From a virus (Duplodnaviria; Caudoviricetes), in IMG/VR virus record IMGVR_UViG_3300030376_002890, positions 1-25,082 of that record: a DNA stretch of 25,082 nt, one strand, 5' to 3'. Below, in pieces: positions 24,093-25,082 of this stretch. Under the pieces are notes generated by a model that was not told the origin of the DNA, searched no databases, and saw nothing but the letters and a program-made list of their open reading frames with translations. Every line of letters begins with the position of its first letter. The stretch's first letter is position 1. The position numbers and the translations under genes were made by a program.

Positions 24093-25082
24093 TTAGTTAA
24101 AAAGGGCTGGATTAGATTTAGCTTCACCCGTATATTTAGGACTAACACTTCCAATTAAATCATCCATTGGTTCCCAAAGTTCAGCAACAGCTGCATTATA
24201 AACTGCGTCACCTTCAATACCTGGTTCAAAAAGGTCAGCCCATCTATCTAGCAAATCATCAACGTTGTCCACATCTTTTAAAAGACGTTGATAATCAGAT
24301 TTACTAAGTTCAGCACCCATAGATCTTAATTCGGTATGCATACGGTTATGGGGTGTTTGTTTCATATTAAGTAAGTTAGCTTTAATATCTCCAGCACGTC
24401 TACCTTTAACTGAAGCAAATTCAGCCATAAGAATAAGGTCATCTTTTGTAGCTACACCTTTTGAAATTAATTCATCCATTTTACCAAAAAAAGCTGCACT
24501 CATACCTTTAGGAAACAAATGATGTTGTTCAAGATACCCTTTAATTTTCCTAGCAGTTTGTTCAGCTTTTTTTTCAGACAAACCAATAGTGCTTCTAAAA
24601 TAATTTACATTTTTAAAATCTTGAATACGTTCAGCTTCTTTAGTCGAAACAAATGGTAGTACATTAGATTCTGCTCTACTTAAACCTTCTTGAGCGTTCT
24701 TTTTATTATCAGTTAAACGATCAATAATTTTGTTAACGTTACCTTTTTCTGTTTCCCAATATTTTTGTAATTCAGGGGAAGAGTTATTAACAAATTCTTG
24801 TAAATTTTTAGGATCACCTTTTAATTCTCTAAGTGCATCTATTTCATTATTTTTAAGTGAAATTGTTTTACGATAATCATCAATATTTTTATCACGTCTA
24901 AGTAATTGTTTTCCTTGCATTCCAGATGCATCATACATTGAATCACCAGGTTTAACACCAACAGCTGTGTTTACCCTTTGATTTGTAGAAGTAACAGCTT
25001 TCATCACCTGTGGTCTCTTCAAAGAAATAGAACCATTAGATGCAGATGGTGCTAAACCCATTGGTGCTGATCCTGCTGTAGC
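24093..25082 (-). CDS. Partial protein with an HNH-like C-terminal region (5' end beyond the window)
   Basis: Frame is open to the window edge. EQHHLFP...NLLNM...HNRMH pattern. Confidence 0.6.
   Translation of the reverse strand, partial: ATAGSAPMGLAPSASNGSISLKRPQVMKAVTSTNQRVNTAVGVKPGDSMYDASGMQGKQLLRRDKNIDDYRKTISLKNNEIDALRELKGDPKNLQEFVNNSSPELQKYWETEKGNVNKIIDRLTDNKKNAQEGLSRAESNVLPFVSTKEAERIQDFKNVNYFRSTIGLSEKKAEQTARKIKGYLEQHHLFPKGMSAAFFGKMDELISKGVATKDDLILMAEFASVKGRRAGDIKANLLNMKQTPHNRMHTELRSMGAELSKSDYQRLLKDVDNVDDLLDRWADLFEPGIEGDAVYNAAVAELWEPMDDLIGSVSPKYTGEAKSNPALFN

Overview
This window is about 25 kb of a T7-like marine cyanopodovirus (Autographiviridae-type, carrying psbA and hli, so resembling clade MPP-B). 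Essentially all genes are on the minus strand. The sequence appears circularly permuted: the junction between the late end and the early start of the genome lies near 20640-20860. In transcription order the window holds a partial HNH-like protein, a sulfotransferase-like protein, the large terminase and thyX. After the terminal region come three host sigma70 early promoters, small early genes (two KTSC-like, one ArdA-like), RNA polymerase, SSB, endonuclease I and primase/helicase. These are followed by a DNA polymerase split into two ORFs, exonuclease, an nblA-like gene, DUF3310, a MazG-like gene, class I RNR alpha and beta, portal, scaffold, a lysozyme-like gene and an OMP-like gene. The late end carries hli, three tiny basic peptides, psbA, a glutamine-II riboswitch with its DUF4278 peptide, the major capsid gene and its terminator. 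The most striking signal is a candidate nitrogen-sensing control layer. Upstream of the RNAP operon, two tandem NtcA-like boxes, a terminator-like hairpin and a perfect antisense sigma70 promoter overlap within about 110 bp, and the glutamine riboswitch and nblA sit elsewhere in the genome. A duplicated tRNA-like mini-element precedes both psbA and the capsid gene. All family assignments come from motif recognition by eye; no database searches were run.
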